64,000 nucleotides of DNA, taken from assembly GCA_948512295.1 (NCBI GenBank), contig CAOQRA010000001.1, forward strand, positions 18,800-82,799, in the 5' to 3' direction. This DNA comes from an uncultured Eubacteriales bacterium. Its GTDB lineage: Bacteria > Bacillota > Clostridia > Christensenellales > UBA1242. Under the pieces are notes generated by a model. That model searched no databases and had not been told where the DNA came from. It saw only the letters and a program-made list of their open reading frames with translations. Both the position numbers and the translations under genes were made by a program. Numbering within the stretch: the stretch's first letter is position 1; each line of letters begins with the position of its first letter. Below, in pieces: positions 1-10,186 of this stretch.

Positions 1-172
1 GTAAGCGACTGCAAGTTTAGAATTAAACATACGCGTAGTTGCAAAAATAAAGAATAATAATTGTTTCAAATAATTTTCCCAGCTCGCTTTGAGTTTTAAT
101 AATTAACCTTTATTATATTATGTTTATTATCTCTATTATTTTATAATATCATGAGCTTAATTTCAAGTAAAT

Positions 173-203
173 AAAAAGGAAGAGTTTTATTTCTTCCTTT
201 TTT
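173..203 (-). terminator. Rho-independent terminator downstream of the 2,881-aa gene
   Basis: 8-bp stem aaggaaga (176-183) / tcttcctt (192-199) with an 8-nt loop. An A-run and a T-run flank it, and it lies directly after the stop at 208. Confidence 0.75.
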
Positions 204-207
204 ATTT

Positions 208-3200
208 CTATTTTACTTTTAATCTCTTACGGAGCAAGATCGTAATTACTGTTATTGCGATTGCTGCCACTACGGCAAGTACAATTGCGATTATTGTCCA
301 CGCGTTCATTGGGTCGGTCTTGGTCACTTTATATGAGAATAGTAGGTTGTTACTTGTAGAGTAAATTTGAATGTAATAAGTGCCTGATCGAGTTATTGAA
401 ATCGAGGCATTATTGCCACCTATTGAGTCAACCGTATCTGCGTTGATTTCATAGCGGTCAGAAGCAATTTGGATATAGCAATCACCCACCGCGTCATGCA
501 AGTTGTATGCATTAAAAGAAAGCACGATATTATCGGTAGTTGAGCCGCCTTGTTCAATTGAAACTTTGACAGGAGGATTTGCAAGATTGATCCAGAAAGC
601 AAATGTAAATTCATTAGTAAGGATCTGTTGCAATTGTTCGCCAGTATTAATGGTCACAATATATCTGCCAGAGCCAGTACGTTCATCAAAGAAAGAAGTA
701 AGCAGGCTTGAGAGATATGGTTTTCCATTTTTATAAACAACATTATTTCCAGCAAGTCTTACAAGGTTTTCAGTAATGTCTACACCATTTTTAATTACCT
801 TAGTAATATAATAGGTGGAATAAGTAGGGAACTCATAAGCAAATCTTGATTCGTTAGCGTTTATAATTGAGAATATAAATTCCTCTTGTCGTACTGACAC
901 TCCGCTTGAACTTACTGCTGCGAATTTTACAACGTAATAGCCGGTTTCAGTGAAAGAGTAAACATAATTTGATGGAGTCACATTATATTCTTTTCCATCT
1001 TTTGTTACCGAGATTGTAGGATAGCCAGAAGTTTGGAAGTAAGAGGAAAGGTTTGTAAGGCTGAGTTTTACCTCACTGTTATAAACCGCTCTTGTAATGG
1101 GTTCGGTTACAATTTCCTCGCCCTCAGGATTTGTATAAGTTACAATGAATGGTACGTCCTTAAGGAAGATTAAACTTATATACTCAGAACCTTTAAATAG
1201 TTGCACATTTTTATCGTTATCAGCACAGCTGTCTGTAAAGCGGATGCGATAAGTTCCCGAACGGGTAAGATATGCATATCTATTTGTGCCATTATAATAG
1301 GTTTCAATGTCAATTTTTGTATATTCATTGTTAAAATACTTTAACACTTCAATATTGACTGCATTTTCTTGGATGCCATAGTAAGGAGTCCAAGAAATCT
1401 TCAATTTTGAGAAATCAGTTTGAGTATCACTTGCCACAATGTTGACGTTATTGGTTTCAAGGAGGTTGATGGGTGAACCTAAGCTATCTTCATAATTGAG
1501 GGTTGTCAAAATTGAATTTGTTTTACCAATATAGATAATTGCAAATCGACCTTTGGAAGTAACGCTTTCGTAACTGTAGACATCCACATAAACATTAGTT
1601 CCTGTCACGATAGTTTGAGGTCCGCTTAGTTGAATGTCAAGTTCTTTATTAGCTTCTACTTTCACTCTATCGTTTTTGTCACTATAATTTACACTCAAAA
1701 GGTAAACTTCATCTATTTGAGAATTGTCTGGTGCGGTATATTTAATATCGCTACGCAAAGTTATAATTCCGTCAACCATTACGTGATACAGTATGCGTGA
1801 AGAATCCAATATATTGATATCTATAAGCAGGCATTCTTCATTTAAAATATCATTACTATCATATATCATCAAAAGTTTATAATTGCCTGTGCCAGAAATT
1901 CTATAAGAACTGGAGAAATCATTGATATTCGTCCAAGATTTTCCCTCATCACTTGAGAAGTAAACGCTGTAATTATATTGATTTAAATAAGTGTAATCAT
2001 ACTGGTTTTCACTATTGAATTGACCATTCGTAAATACTGCAGTTACGTTGTTTGAATAAGTGGTGAATGAATATGCGTGCGTACTATAGATTTTGTTTCC
2101 TATAGTAATAATGGTCTCGTCCTTTTGTAGGGTGTATTTTGTAAGGCGTTCATTATTTTTATCTTGTAAATAAATTTGCGATGCGCCATTGTCAGTGTTG
2201 GAGTCGGTTTGGTAAACAGGCAATTTATTATATAGCCTTAAATTTATCACTCTATCCGATTTGCGATTTTCATTATTTTCTATATTGTTGTAGTTTTCGG
2301 CATCATATAGTCGAACTTGATAAACTGAATCATAATTCGCAGAGGTTTCAGTGAAATTATATGAACGTATTGTGCTTGTATTTGGAACTGGAACTGAAGT
2401 GTAGTTTGGAAGTTGTACAAACTGTTGATTGACTTTGTCATATTTCCAAACTTCAACTTTATAGATAAGTGAGTTGTACTGATAGCTTATTTGATTGCTT
2501 GCCGTAAGATAAGTTTTAGATCCGTCAGTTTCATTACTTTCATAGATTTTGCTTTCGCTTACAACCTCCTTGGCAATGTTTTCTTCATTTACAATTTGAA
2601 TTATTGTTGTAGTATAGCCAAAATTATCAACGATTTCATACTTTAGTTTTTGACTTATTGGAAGGGACTCGGTGCCCAAAATTACTTTAAATGTAAGGAT
2701 TCCGTTTTGATATTGAATTTGTATGGAATCATTACCCAGCCATAATGTCGGATTTCCGGTATAGTTTTCCCCTTCATAAGCGTATTTCCATTCACCATTA
2801 TGAGTGGAGATTTTTACTTTGACAGGGTAGGTGAAAGCTAGCGTTGTGCTTGTGGCTTGTTCAAAGGTTGGGACTGAAATATTTAAGCTTGCTGTATTTC
2901 CATCCGAGTACTTAGATGTTGTAAGGTCGGCATCCATAATCGCTATATGAACATCTTTAGAGGTGCCTTGATATCTGTCTATGAACACGCTGTGATGTTT
3001 ATAAGTGGAACTTGTAGCATTAGCGTAGATATCTGCAAGGTTTACAACGCTGAAAGTAAGCTTAGAGCCTGATAAACCAATTAAATATATTTGATTGTTG
3101 TTAAGCCAAGGACTTTTCATGTAAATATTGCTATAGCTATTATGAACAGAAAATCTATATAAGCCCCAAGGGTCTGAAAGATAATTAAGTCCTGTTATTT

Positions 3201-6200
3201 GGAACCCGCTTTTAGAATAAATACTATAGTCTTGTGAAATGTCACTGTCTGTTCTTTTCTCAAAACCGATTGAGCCGTTTTTGTATTCGATAGCTTGGAT
3301 TGTAAATTCCTCACCTGTGCTATCTTCTTGCACCTTATAGTTGTCAGGTTCAAATACGTTGACAATGTATACTACCATGTTTCCAGCAGTATCCATTTCC
3401 ACAATTTCGTAATAGGAATTTTCGTTTATAAATATAAAATCGTTTATATGTTCATATTCATTTTCTGAAAATCCACCTGCGGTCACTTGGATATATTTGT
3501 CAAAATCTATAATTTCTTTGATATAAATATTTTGTACTTGTCTAGCATCCGAAGTTATAGATTGCTGCAATAAAGTAAAGAAGTCTTTAGGAACGTTGTA
3601 ACTATACTTATTAAAGATTGTGTTTGTAGTGGTATAAGAATAACTAACTTCTTGCATGAGCGTATTGATGTTTTCTGCCAGCCAGTTAGAAGTGTCTATT
3701 TCATTTCCATAGCAGTCATACAATGTGCGCATATTGATTTCTTGATAGAAGCGATTAAACCATGAGTATGAGTTTGTAACGCTTTCCATTAAGCCAGATA
3801 AGTTCCCAAAGGGCGCTGTATAGTCTACGTAAATTCGTTTGCTCAGAGGTGTGTAAATGTCATTATTTCCGTCATCGCCCTCAAGCCACATTGTAATTGT
3901 TAGATAACTTTGATTATTCCAAATGCCCTCATCTTTTAAATTGAGATTGAAAGAGTGGTTTGTTCCGTCTGTTATCAATTTATATGGCGAATTATCATCT
4001 TCAAGGTTAATCATTTTTGACCTATTATCAGGATAGGTTAATTGAATCCTTGTTTTATCCAGATTTGCAATGAATTTACTAAATCTACTTGTGTCATCGC
4101 TCCAACTTATTGTTACATTTGGAGTGTTAGAATAATAACATTCCATTCGCTCTTGTGCCTCATTGGCGCCAATTGAATTAATTAATTTGCCGTCATTGTA
4201 AACTCCGAAATCAGGAGTTGGCTGTTTAACCACAAAATTAAAACGATAGAAATTTGTAAAGGAGCCTGGAGTATTTGCAAGGTTTGAAGCTTGATAAATT
4301 GTAACGTTATATGTGCCAGCTTCTGTAAATACAACGGGGATTGCATTTTCAGGAACCTCGCTGCCTACAGAATCCACCTGATAAAAATTCAGGTATCCGT
4401 CGGTAGTTGTACCATTGGTTGTAAAGATTTTATTGTCTTGCCCATCTTTGTATAAAATAATGGTCGCTTTAAGTTTATACTCTTCAATTTCAGTGCTAGC
4501 GAAATATCTTTCAGCTTCTGATAGAGTATCGCAAGATTTTGCGAGAATGCCTTCCACAAAAACATGGTATTTAGATATATGTTCTTTTTTGTAAATTTCA
4601 AGCGCGGCTTCTGCGTTTTCTTGTGTTTTATATAAGCCATCGAGAACATTGTCATCTATTTTTATTATCCAATTAGTTCCCGTATCATTTAATTTGACTT
4701 CTGCATTAGTGAAATCATAAACAATTTTTATTTCTGCATCTCCAAAGCGGGAAAGGGAGTTGTTTTCAAACACCTTATAAGAATTAGTGAGTTTATCATA
4801 GACATAATTTGTAGTATATTTGTATTTTGGTATTTTTACTTCGAGAGGCAGTTTGTTAGTTATAAGTGATTCTGAGATAATAGTATTTTCATCAAAAGAT
4901 GGAGAGGTATAGAAACTGCCTTCGTTCAAGCCAGTATTTGGATTATAACTTGGGAAAGCAATTTGCAGGCTTGATTGAGTTTTCCCTGAATACATGCTAA
5001 CCAGCATGTCACCGCCGACAATGCTTTCAAGGCTTGTATTAGAGCTAATTATTTGATTAGTATCAGGGTCTTTAATTTCGTTATTTATACTTTCTTTCAT
5101 TGAAAGCACATTATATCTATCTATAATTAAAGTAGAGGTTCGTTCAAAGAAGTCATATTTGTCTACATTTGCCTCGTTTTGTTGATAGCGTCTTGAAATT
5201 ACATACTTTCCAGGGCTTGCAATTTTACTACCCGAGAATGATAGATTAAAAGTGAATGTTTTGCCAGGAGTGTAGCTTTCAGTTTCAGAGTAGTTAAATA
5301 CATCAATCACGTGTGAAGGTTCTTCAGCTATAGTATAGTAATAAACCTTTGCTGTAAACTCGCCATCTTTTGTGTCATATTTCACATCTTTTGAAACCTT
5401 TACAAAAGGATAGTAAGTTAGTTTCACGTTTGCAACTTGACTTGTTATGGCTGCTGTTTCTGAAAGAGGAATAAAGGAAAGGGTAAGTTCTTGCTCTGTT
5501 CTTTCAGGTACGTAATATTGATATTTATAGGTGAAATTGGAGGGGCTAACAGTTATATTTTCATTTTTTGAAGTGCTTTCTTTTTCTAAAGTATAGTTAT
5601 TTGTTCCGACATCGTTGTGTTTATAGAATTTGCCAGTCAAGGTATAGCCTTCTTTGTCAAGAGGCGCATCGTTTAGTAATACTTCCATTCGTGACATATC
5701 TGATGTAACATTAATGGTTAGGAAACTGCTTGGGAAATTTAAAAATTCATGTTCGGAAGTTAGCGGATTGCGAGTAAAGTGTGAGTTTGAATAGTCACAT
5801 AGTAAAAATTTATATGTTCCTTCCACGGCTTCATCGTTTTCGTCTATAAGTGTTATTTCATAGCTTATGCCATCTTTTTGCGTGTATTTAGAGGAAGTAG
5901 CATGTTTAAAATAGAAATAATCATTAACTTCAATTTTTAAGTAAGTGCCTTTGTAAGATTTGAGATCACTTTCTTCTGGAGGAGTGGCTCCTGAAATGTT
6001 AGGCAAGTTCATAGTGTTATCTTCGCTTAAAAATTCATCAATAACTTGGCCTAGTTTGGATTTTTGCGCAAGAGTAAGCTCATCATAGGCATAGGTTTCT
6101 TTTAATGTATTTAATTCTGAAGGCACTTCCAGCCTTATACCTTTATATTTAGCCCAATCTATTGAAGCTTTAGTGATTGTGCTTGAAACCATTATGGTGT

Positions 6201-8853
6201 CGTTTGAGCCTAAAATTTTTCGTGTTGTACCACTATTGGTTGCAATTGTTTCGACAAAGATAGGACTTGTGTTATCTATTAAAAAGATTGCAAAGTCTGC
6301 GTTGCCTGCCTCGTCATATACTTCCAGGAAATATAAGCCCGCTTGGTCACGTACGTAAGTTGATGGTACAATTTTGTCATAATCTCTTGCGTTATAATAT
6401 TCCACCCAGTTTGCGTTTTGATTTAAGTCAATTCTTGCTTCTACGGGTATCATGCCATACGGCTCGCGAGAGCCAATTAAATTATATAAAAGTAAACTAT
6501 TGTCGGCATTATATAATTTAAGATTGCTAAGTTTAAAGTATTTGTAATAGCCATAGGTTTGCGCGCCACTTGCCTTATGTTCCCAGCTAAATACTATTGG
6601 ACCATCTGTCTTGCCGGTCGCTTTGCGTTTAAGGTCGCTCATAATGCCATTATTCTTATCGCTAGTAACAGTGCTTCCTATTGTGTAAGAAGAACTTGTA
6701 GAATAACTTACATTTTTAGCGACTAGGTTGGTAATATCCGTTGTGTCAATTGTAAAACTTGAACTGCTTGGTACGGTTGAATTGGCAAAATATATTGTAA
6801 TTGTAAAAGTGGAATTACGATAAGCGTTGCGCGAGGAGGCATCAATCATAATTCCTGTTTGAATTAAGTCGTTGCCATTGTCATCTGTCATTCCAGGTAC
6901 GATCAAGTTTTCAGAGTATGTAATTCCAAATGCTGGATTTTTAAAGTAAGAAATTTCTGTTTCTGGTAAAAATTGCACACCTGTAAGATAATTCGTTGCA
7001 CTAATTTTTATAGTGACTTGTGCATCGTAAAGTGAGGAAGCCGAGTTGTCCACAACGTATACATTTTTGTTAGTATAACCTCGCGTTTTTATTTCTTTGC
7101 CGGTTTCATCCACGGTTGTGATAGTGGGAGCGGTATTTTCAATTGTGAAGAAAAAAACCTGTTGATGATGGAAAGTGCTTTGCGCTACTCCATTTGATGC
7201 AAGATATCGATTGTAAGTGTAATCAATAACCACCAAATATGTTCCAGCCTCATTTAGGTTTAGCCCATCGAATTGTCTGCCAGAGTCCGCTTGCCAATTA
7301 TTTTCATTTTTGCTTAAGCTGTAAATTTTGCTGTTTGCTAGGTTTGCGGTAAGAGTTGCATTTGTAATAAATTTAATTGGAGTTTGATTTGTAGATACTG
7401 GGAAGTTTGGTTTACTCGTAGAATTGATTATATTTATCGCGGCCTCTTTTGTCGCTTCCGCGCTATAGCTATCTTTTGTTCCTACGGTTACATTTTCATT
7501 TGTCAAAAGTGGTGTAATATCTGCCGAATTAATAAAATTCAATTTATCTTCGGATACGCCTTTAAAAGGTTTGCTTTCTGCAATATTGGTTTGTCCGTCT
7601 TTCATTGAATAGTCAGTATAATAACTTTGATATCCAAAATTTAATAGACGTTGATTTTTGGCTTTAAGTGGAATTTCAAATATTCTAGTGTTAGTTTTAT
7701 ATAAGAAAGTAAAACTGATATCGTATTCCCCAAGTTCTGGGAAAGTTAAAGTTAGATTATCGTTGCCGTTTATTTTTTTGTAAGAGGTATAAGCAAAAGG
7801 TTTTGCTAGCTGCTGCCCATTAGAATCTATCAGGGTAGGCGTTGGTGTATTTGCAAGAGTGTTACAGTCGACAATGGCTGTCACGGTTTTGCTGTCAGTG
7901 TCGGTATACTGAATGGTAGCTTGATATTTGCTAGGGTCATAACTAAAAGCAGGCAATGCGCTTGTAGTGTAGTTGTAGAAGTAATATTTAGAATGAGAAG
8001 TACTATTAGAAAGTAGCGCTTCATGAACATTCGACATATTGGCTAAAGGAAGTTGAGATTCGGAATCATAATAAGATGTGTAATTAAAAAGCATAAAAGT
8101 GTAATAGGTAACAGTGGAAGTTGTAACAAAGGTTTCACCGCCATTATTTGTATAAAAGTAACTCATTGGAATGGCAAGAGTATAGCAGCCCTCGCGTTTG
8201 ACGCTGACCGTGCTTGTCTTTACCTGTATTGGATTACCCTCGCTGTCTACGCTATCTTGTGTGAGAATTTTGCAATTCTCACTTTGAGAAGGGTTTAGCT
8301 TAAATTGAATGTTAAGCTTTTGAGGTGTTAGGTCATAAGTTGGAAGCGGAAAGGCATTTTCATGTTCGCCAGCAAATAATTTTATATCTTCGGAGGATAG
8401 TAAATTTTCGAGAGTAGTTACAGAATCATCTATATCTAAATTTGTAGAGTCATAGTATAATGACAATGAATTTGGAAAGTTGAAGTAATAATATTCTTTT
8501 ATGTTTTTGTTTCCGTTGACATCCAATTCATTATTCAATTGAGAGTTTGGTATGTACGCGTAATTTGATTTATTATCCGCGTTTGTGATGGTGTTATCTT
8601 TTGCTATGGACAAAGAAAGAGTGTGGTCGCTGTTCATTAAAAACACAACATCATCTTCTGTTTTTTCTCCTGTGGTTTGTATTTTAACAAATTCTTGTAA
8701 GTTGTTTGTCACTTGTTCGTGTATGGTTTGCGCGTCAGTTGATGCGTCCTTAGGTTGAATTTTTATATCAGAAAAAACCAGTCCCACGCTTGCCATGGAA
8801 ACTGCACAAATCCCTAATAAAAGCGAATTAAATATTTTTTTTATTTTAGACAT
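208..8853 (-). CDS. Giant (2,881 aa) surface protein with N-terminal signal peptide, many Ig-like/beta-rich modules and a C-terminal TM anchor
   Basis: Uninterrupted 8.6-kb ORF with SD gaggtgg 5 nt upstream of the ATG. N-terminus MSKIKKIFNSLLLGICAVSMASVGLVFS looks like a signal peptide. C-terminus AWTIIAIVLAVVAAIAITVITILLRKRLKVK is a TM helix plus basic tail, and there is no LPXTG. Composition is N/S/T/Y-rich. The motif G-x-Y-x-hydrophobic recurs (AGTYLVVIDY, SGTYRIRFTD, SGTYYIQIYS), and D-x-AGN motifs occur (VYDEAGNADFAIFLIDNTSP, EMDTAGNMVVYIV). Confidence 0.9.
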   Translation of the reverse strand: MSKIKKIFNSLLLGICAVSMASVGLVFSDIKIQPKDASTDAQTIHEQVTNNLQEFVKIQTTGEKTEDDVVFLMNSDHTLSLSIAKDNTITNADNKSNYAYIPNSQLNNELDVNGNKNIKEYYYFNFPNSLSLYYDSTNLDIDDSVTTLENLLSSEDIKLFAGEHENAFPLPTYDLTPQKLNIQFKLNPSQSENCKILTQDSVDSEGNPIQVKTSTVSVKREGCYTLAIPMSYFYTNNGGETFVTTSTVTYYTFMLFNYTSYYDSESQLPLANMSNVHEALLSNSTSHSKYYFYNYTTSALPAFSYDPSKYQATIQYTDTDSKTVTAIVDCNTLANTPTPTLIDSNGQQLAKPFAYTSYKKINGNDNLTLTFPELGEYDISFTFLYKTNTRIFEIPLKAKNQRLLNFGYQSYYTDYSMKDGQTNIAESKPFKGVSEDKLNFINSADITPLLTNENVTVGTKDSYSAEATKEAAINIINSTSKPNFPVSTNQTPIKFITNATLTANLANSKIYSLSKNENNWQADSGRQFDGLNLNEAGTYLVVIDYTYNRYLASNGVAQSTFHHQQVFFFTIENTAPTITTVDETGKEIKTRGYTNKNVYVVDNSASSLYDAQVTIKISATNYLTGVQFLPETEISYFKNPAFGITYSENLIVPGMTDDNGNDLIQTGIMIDASSRNAYRNSTFTITIYFANSTVPSSSSFTIDTTDITNLVAKNVSYSTSSSYTIGSTVTSDKNNGIMSDLKRKATGKTDGPIVFSWEHKASGAQTYGYYKYFKLSNLKLYNADNSLLLYNLIGSREPYGMIPVEARIDLNQNANWVEYYNARDYDKIVPSTYVRDQAGLYFLEVYDEAGNADFAIFLIDNTSPIFVETIATNSGTTRKILGSNDTIMVSSTITKASIDWAKYKGIRLEVPSELNTLKETYAYDELTLAQKSKLGQVIDEFLSEDNTMNLPNISGATPPEESDLKSYKGTYLKIEVNDYFYFKHATSSKYTQKDGISYEITLIDENDEAVEGTYKFLLCDYSNSHFTRNPLTSEHEFLNFPSSFLTINVTSDMSRMEVLLNDAPLDKEGYTLTGKFYKHNDVGTNNYTLEKESTSKNENITVSPSNFTYKYQYYVPERTEQELTLSFIPLSETAAITSQVANVKLTYYPFVKVSKDVKYDTKDGEFTAKVYYYTIAEEPSHVIDVFNYSETESYTPGKTFTFNLSFSGSKIASPGKYVISRRYQQNEANVDKYDFFERTSTLIIDRYNVLSMKESINNEIKDPDTNQIISSNTSLESIVGGDMLVSMYSGKTQSSLQIAFPSYNPNTGLNEGSFYTSPSFDENTIISESLITNKLPLEVKIPKYKYTTNYVYDKLTNSYKVFENNSLSRFGDAEIKIVYDFTNAEVKLNDTGTNWIIKIDDNVLDGLYKTQENAEAALEIYKKEHISKYHVFVEGILAKSCDTLSEAERYFASTEIEEYKLKATIILYKDGQDNKIFTTNGTTTDGYLNFYQVDSVGSEVPENAIPVVFTEAGTYNVTIYQASNLANTPGSFTNFYRFNFVVKQPTPDFGVYNDGKLINSIGANEAQERMECYYSNTPNVTISWSDDTSRFSKFIANLDKTRIQLTYPDNRSKMINLEDDNSPYKLITDGTNHSFNLNLKDEGIWNNQSYLTITMWLEGDDGNNDIYTPLSKRIYVDYTAPFGNLSGLMESVTNSYSWFNRFYQEINMRTLYDCYGNEIDTSNWLAENINTLMQEVSYSYTTTNTIFNKYSYNVPKDFFTLLQQSITSDARQVQNIYIKEIIDFDKYIQVTAGGFSENEYEHINDFIFINENSYYEIVEMDTAGNMVVYIVNVFEPDNYKVQEDSTGEEFTIQAIEYKNGSIGFEKRTDSDISQDYSIYSKSGFQITGLNYLSDPWGLYRFSVHNSYSNIYMKSPWLNNNQIYLIGLSGSKLTFSVVNLADIYANATSSTYKHHSVFIDRYQGTSKDVHIAIMDADLTTSKYSDGNTASLNISVPTFEQATSTTLAFTYPVKVKISTHNGEWKYAYEGENYTGNPTLWLGNDSIQIQYQNGILTFKVILGTESLPISQKLKYEIVDNFGYTTTIIQIVNEENIAKEVVSESKIYESNETDGSKTYLTASNQISYQYNSLIYKVEVWKYDKVNQQFVQLPNYTSVPVPNTSTIRSYNFTETSANYDSVYQVRLYDAENYNNIENNENRKSDRVINLRLYNKLPVYQTDSNTDNGASQIYLQDKNNERLTKYTLQKDETIITIGNKIYSTHAYSFTTYSNNVTAVFTNGQFNSENQYDYTYLNQYNYSVYFSSDEGKSWTNINDFSSSYRISGTGNYKLLMIYDSNDILNEECLLIDINILDSSRILYHVMVDGIITLRSDIKYTAPDNSQIDEVYLLSVNYSDKNDRVKVEANKELDIQLSGPQTIVTGTNVYVDVYSYESVTSKGRFAIIYIGKTNSILTTLNYEDSLGSPINLLETNNVNIVASDTQTDFSKLKISWTPYYGIQENAVNIEVLKYFNNEYTKIDIETYYNGTNRYAYLTRSGTYRIRFTDSCADNDKNVQLFKGSEYISLIFLKDVPFIVTYTNPEGEEIVTEPITRAVYNSEVKLSLTNLSSYFQTSGYPTISVTKDGKEYNVTPSNYVYSFTETGYYVVKFAAVSSSGVSVRQEEFIFSIINANESRFAYEFPTYSTYYITKVIKNGVDITENLVRLAGNNVVYKNGKPYLSSLLTSFFDERTGSGRYIVTINTGEQLQQILTNEFTFAFWINLANPPVKVSIEQGGSTTDNIVLSFNAYNLHDAVGDCYIQIASDRYEINADTVDSIGGNNASISITRSGTYYIQIYSTSNNLLFSYKVTKTDPMNAWTIIAIVLAVVAAIAITVITILLRKRLKVK

Positions 8854-9097
8854 AATTCCACCTCAAATCTTTTTATTTTGATAAAAAGATTTTACCACAC
8901 AAGACGTAAAAAACAAAATAATTTGCATATATATTATAATAAATAAATTATTTATTAATATACATATATCCCTTAGAAATAGGCGATAAAAAATATTTTT
9001 TTAAAGCGAAAATTTTTATTTTTTATAAATTATTATTTTTTAATAATTTTTATTTTAAATTCAGCACACTTTTTTAATATTTTCATAACATGCTAAT

Positions 9098-10165
9098 ATG
9101 AATACGATAAGTGTATGTTTAATAGTTAAAAATGAGGAAGCAGTGCTTGAGCGATGTCTTAAAAATGTAAAAAGCTTTGCTGATGAAATTATTGTGGTTG
9201 ATACAGGCTCAACTGATAATACAAAAAATATTGCAAAAAAGTTTACAGATAAGGTGTATGATTATATCTGGCAAGATGACTTTTCAAAGGCGCGTAACTA
9301 CGCATTTTCATTTGCAAGTAGTGATTATGTGATGTGGCTAGATGCAGATGATATAGTGCTGGAAGAGGATGCACTAAAGCTTTGGGACTTCAAACTATCA
9401 AAACATAGCGACATTGACATGTTAATGCTGAAATATGTAACAGGGTATGAAGAAAATTACACGCCGACTTTTTCTTTTTATCGTGAACGCGTGCTAAAGC
9501 GCAGTGCTAATTTCAAATTTGAAGACCCCGTTCATGAAGTGATAGTACCTCGTGGAAAGATTGTATATATGGATATAAATATATATCACGCAAAAGTCAA
9601 AACTGGCGAAAGCAATAGGAACTTAAATATCTATCAAAAATATATAAAAAATGGCGAAAAACTTTCGCCAAGGCAGCAGTTTTACTATGCACGTGAGCTT
9701 ATGTATAACAACTTAATCGATGAGGCAATATTAAATTTCAATAAGTTTTTGAATATCAAGGAAGGCTGGATAGAAAATAAAATAGAGGCATGTTTGAACT
9801 TGGCAAAATGTTATAAAGCAAAAAATGACTTTCAAAAAGCAAAGGAGTCGCTTGTTAAAACTTTTACAATGGCACGCCCTCGAAGTGAAGTGCTTTGCGA
9901 ACTTGGGAATTTGTTTTTAAGCGAAAATCAATTAGATGAGGCAGTTTATTGTTATCGTCAAGCAAGGTTAAACAAACCCAACGTAAAATTAGGGGGCTTT
10001 GTACTAGGCGATTGCTATAGCTTTCTTCCCAATTTGCAGTTAAGTGTTTGTTATTATCGCAAAGGCAAAATGCGACTTGCCAAGCGTTATCATGAAAAGG
10101 CCAAGCAAGAAAAACCTAAACATCCCAGCATTTTATATAACGAAAAATATTTTAACAATAAATAA
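9098..10165 (+). CDS. Family 2 glycosyltransferase with C-terminal TPR-like repeats
   Basis: The N-terminus has GT2 hallmarks: ISVCLIVKNEE, IIVVDTGSTDNT, WLDADD (DxD). The C-terminal half is helical and TPR-like (AKCYKAKNDFQKAKESL, LGNLFLSENQLDEAVYCYRQA). Confidence 0.8.
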   Translation: MNTISVCLIVKNEEAVLERCLKNVKSFADEIIVVDTGSTDNTKNIAKKFTDKVYDYIWQDDFSKARNYAFSFASSDYVMWLDADDIVLEEDALKLWDFKLSKHSDIDMLMLKYVTGYEENYTPTFSFYRERVLKRSANFKFEDPVHEVIVPRGKIVYMDINIYHAKVKTGESNRNLNIYQKYIKNGEKLSPRQQFYYARELMYNNLIDEAILNFNKFLNIKEGWIENKIEACLNLAKCYKAKNDFQKAKESLVKTFTMARPRSEVLCELGNLFLSENQLDEAVYCYRQARLNKPNVKLGGFVLGDCYSFLPNLQLSVCYYRKGKMRLAKRYHEKAKQEKPKHPSILYNEKYFNNK

Positions 10166-10186
10166 AAACCGCTTTTGCGGCTTTTA
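10166..10186. terminator. Weak bidirectional hairpin between convergent genes
   Basis: aaaaccgc-tttt-gcggctttt has a short GC stem flanked by A and T runs. It lies between the stops at 10165 (+) and 10184 (-). Confidence 0.4.

Noticed and set aside
1-30. Possible gene start on the minus strand (ATG at 30, MFNSKLAVAY...) running off the left edge
   Set aside because: Only 10 codons are visible, so it cannot be supported.
420-8298. Short ORFs inside or antisense to the 2,881-aa gene (420-614, 503-736, 4389-4655, 6173-6521, 7384-7608, 8053-8298)
   Set aside because: These are shadow ORFs within a long, clearly coding frame. They lack SD sequences and have low-complexity or odd composition.
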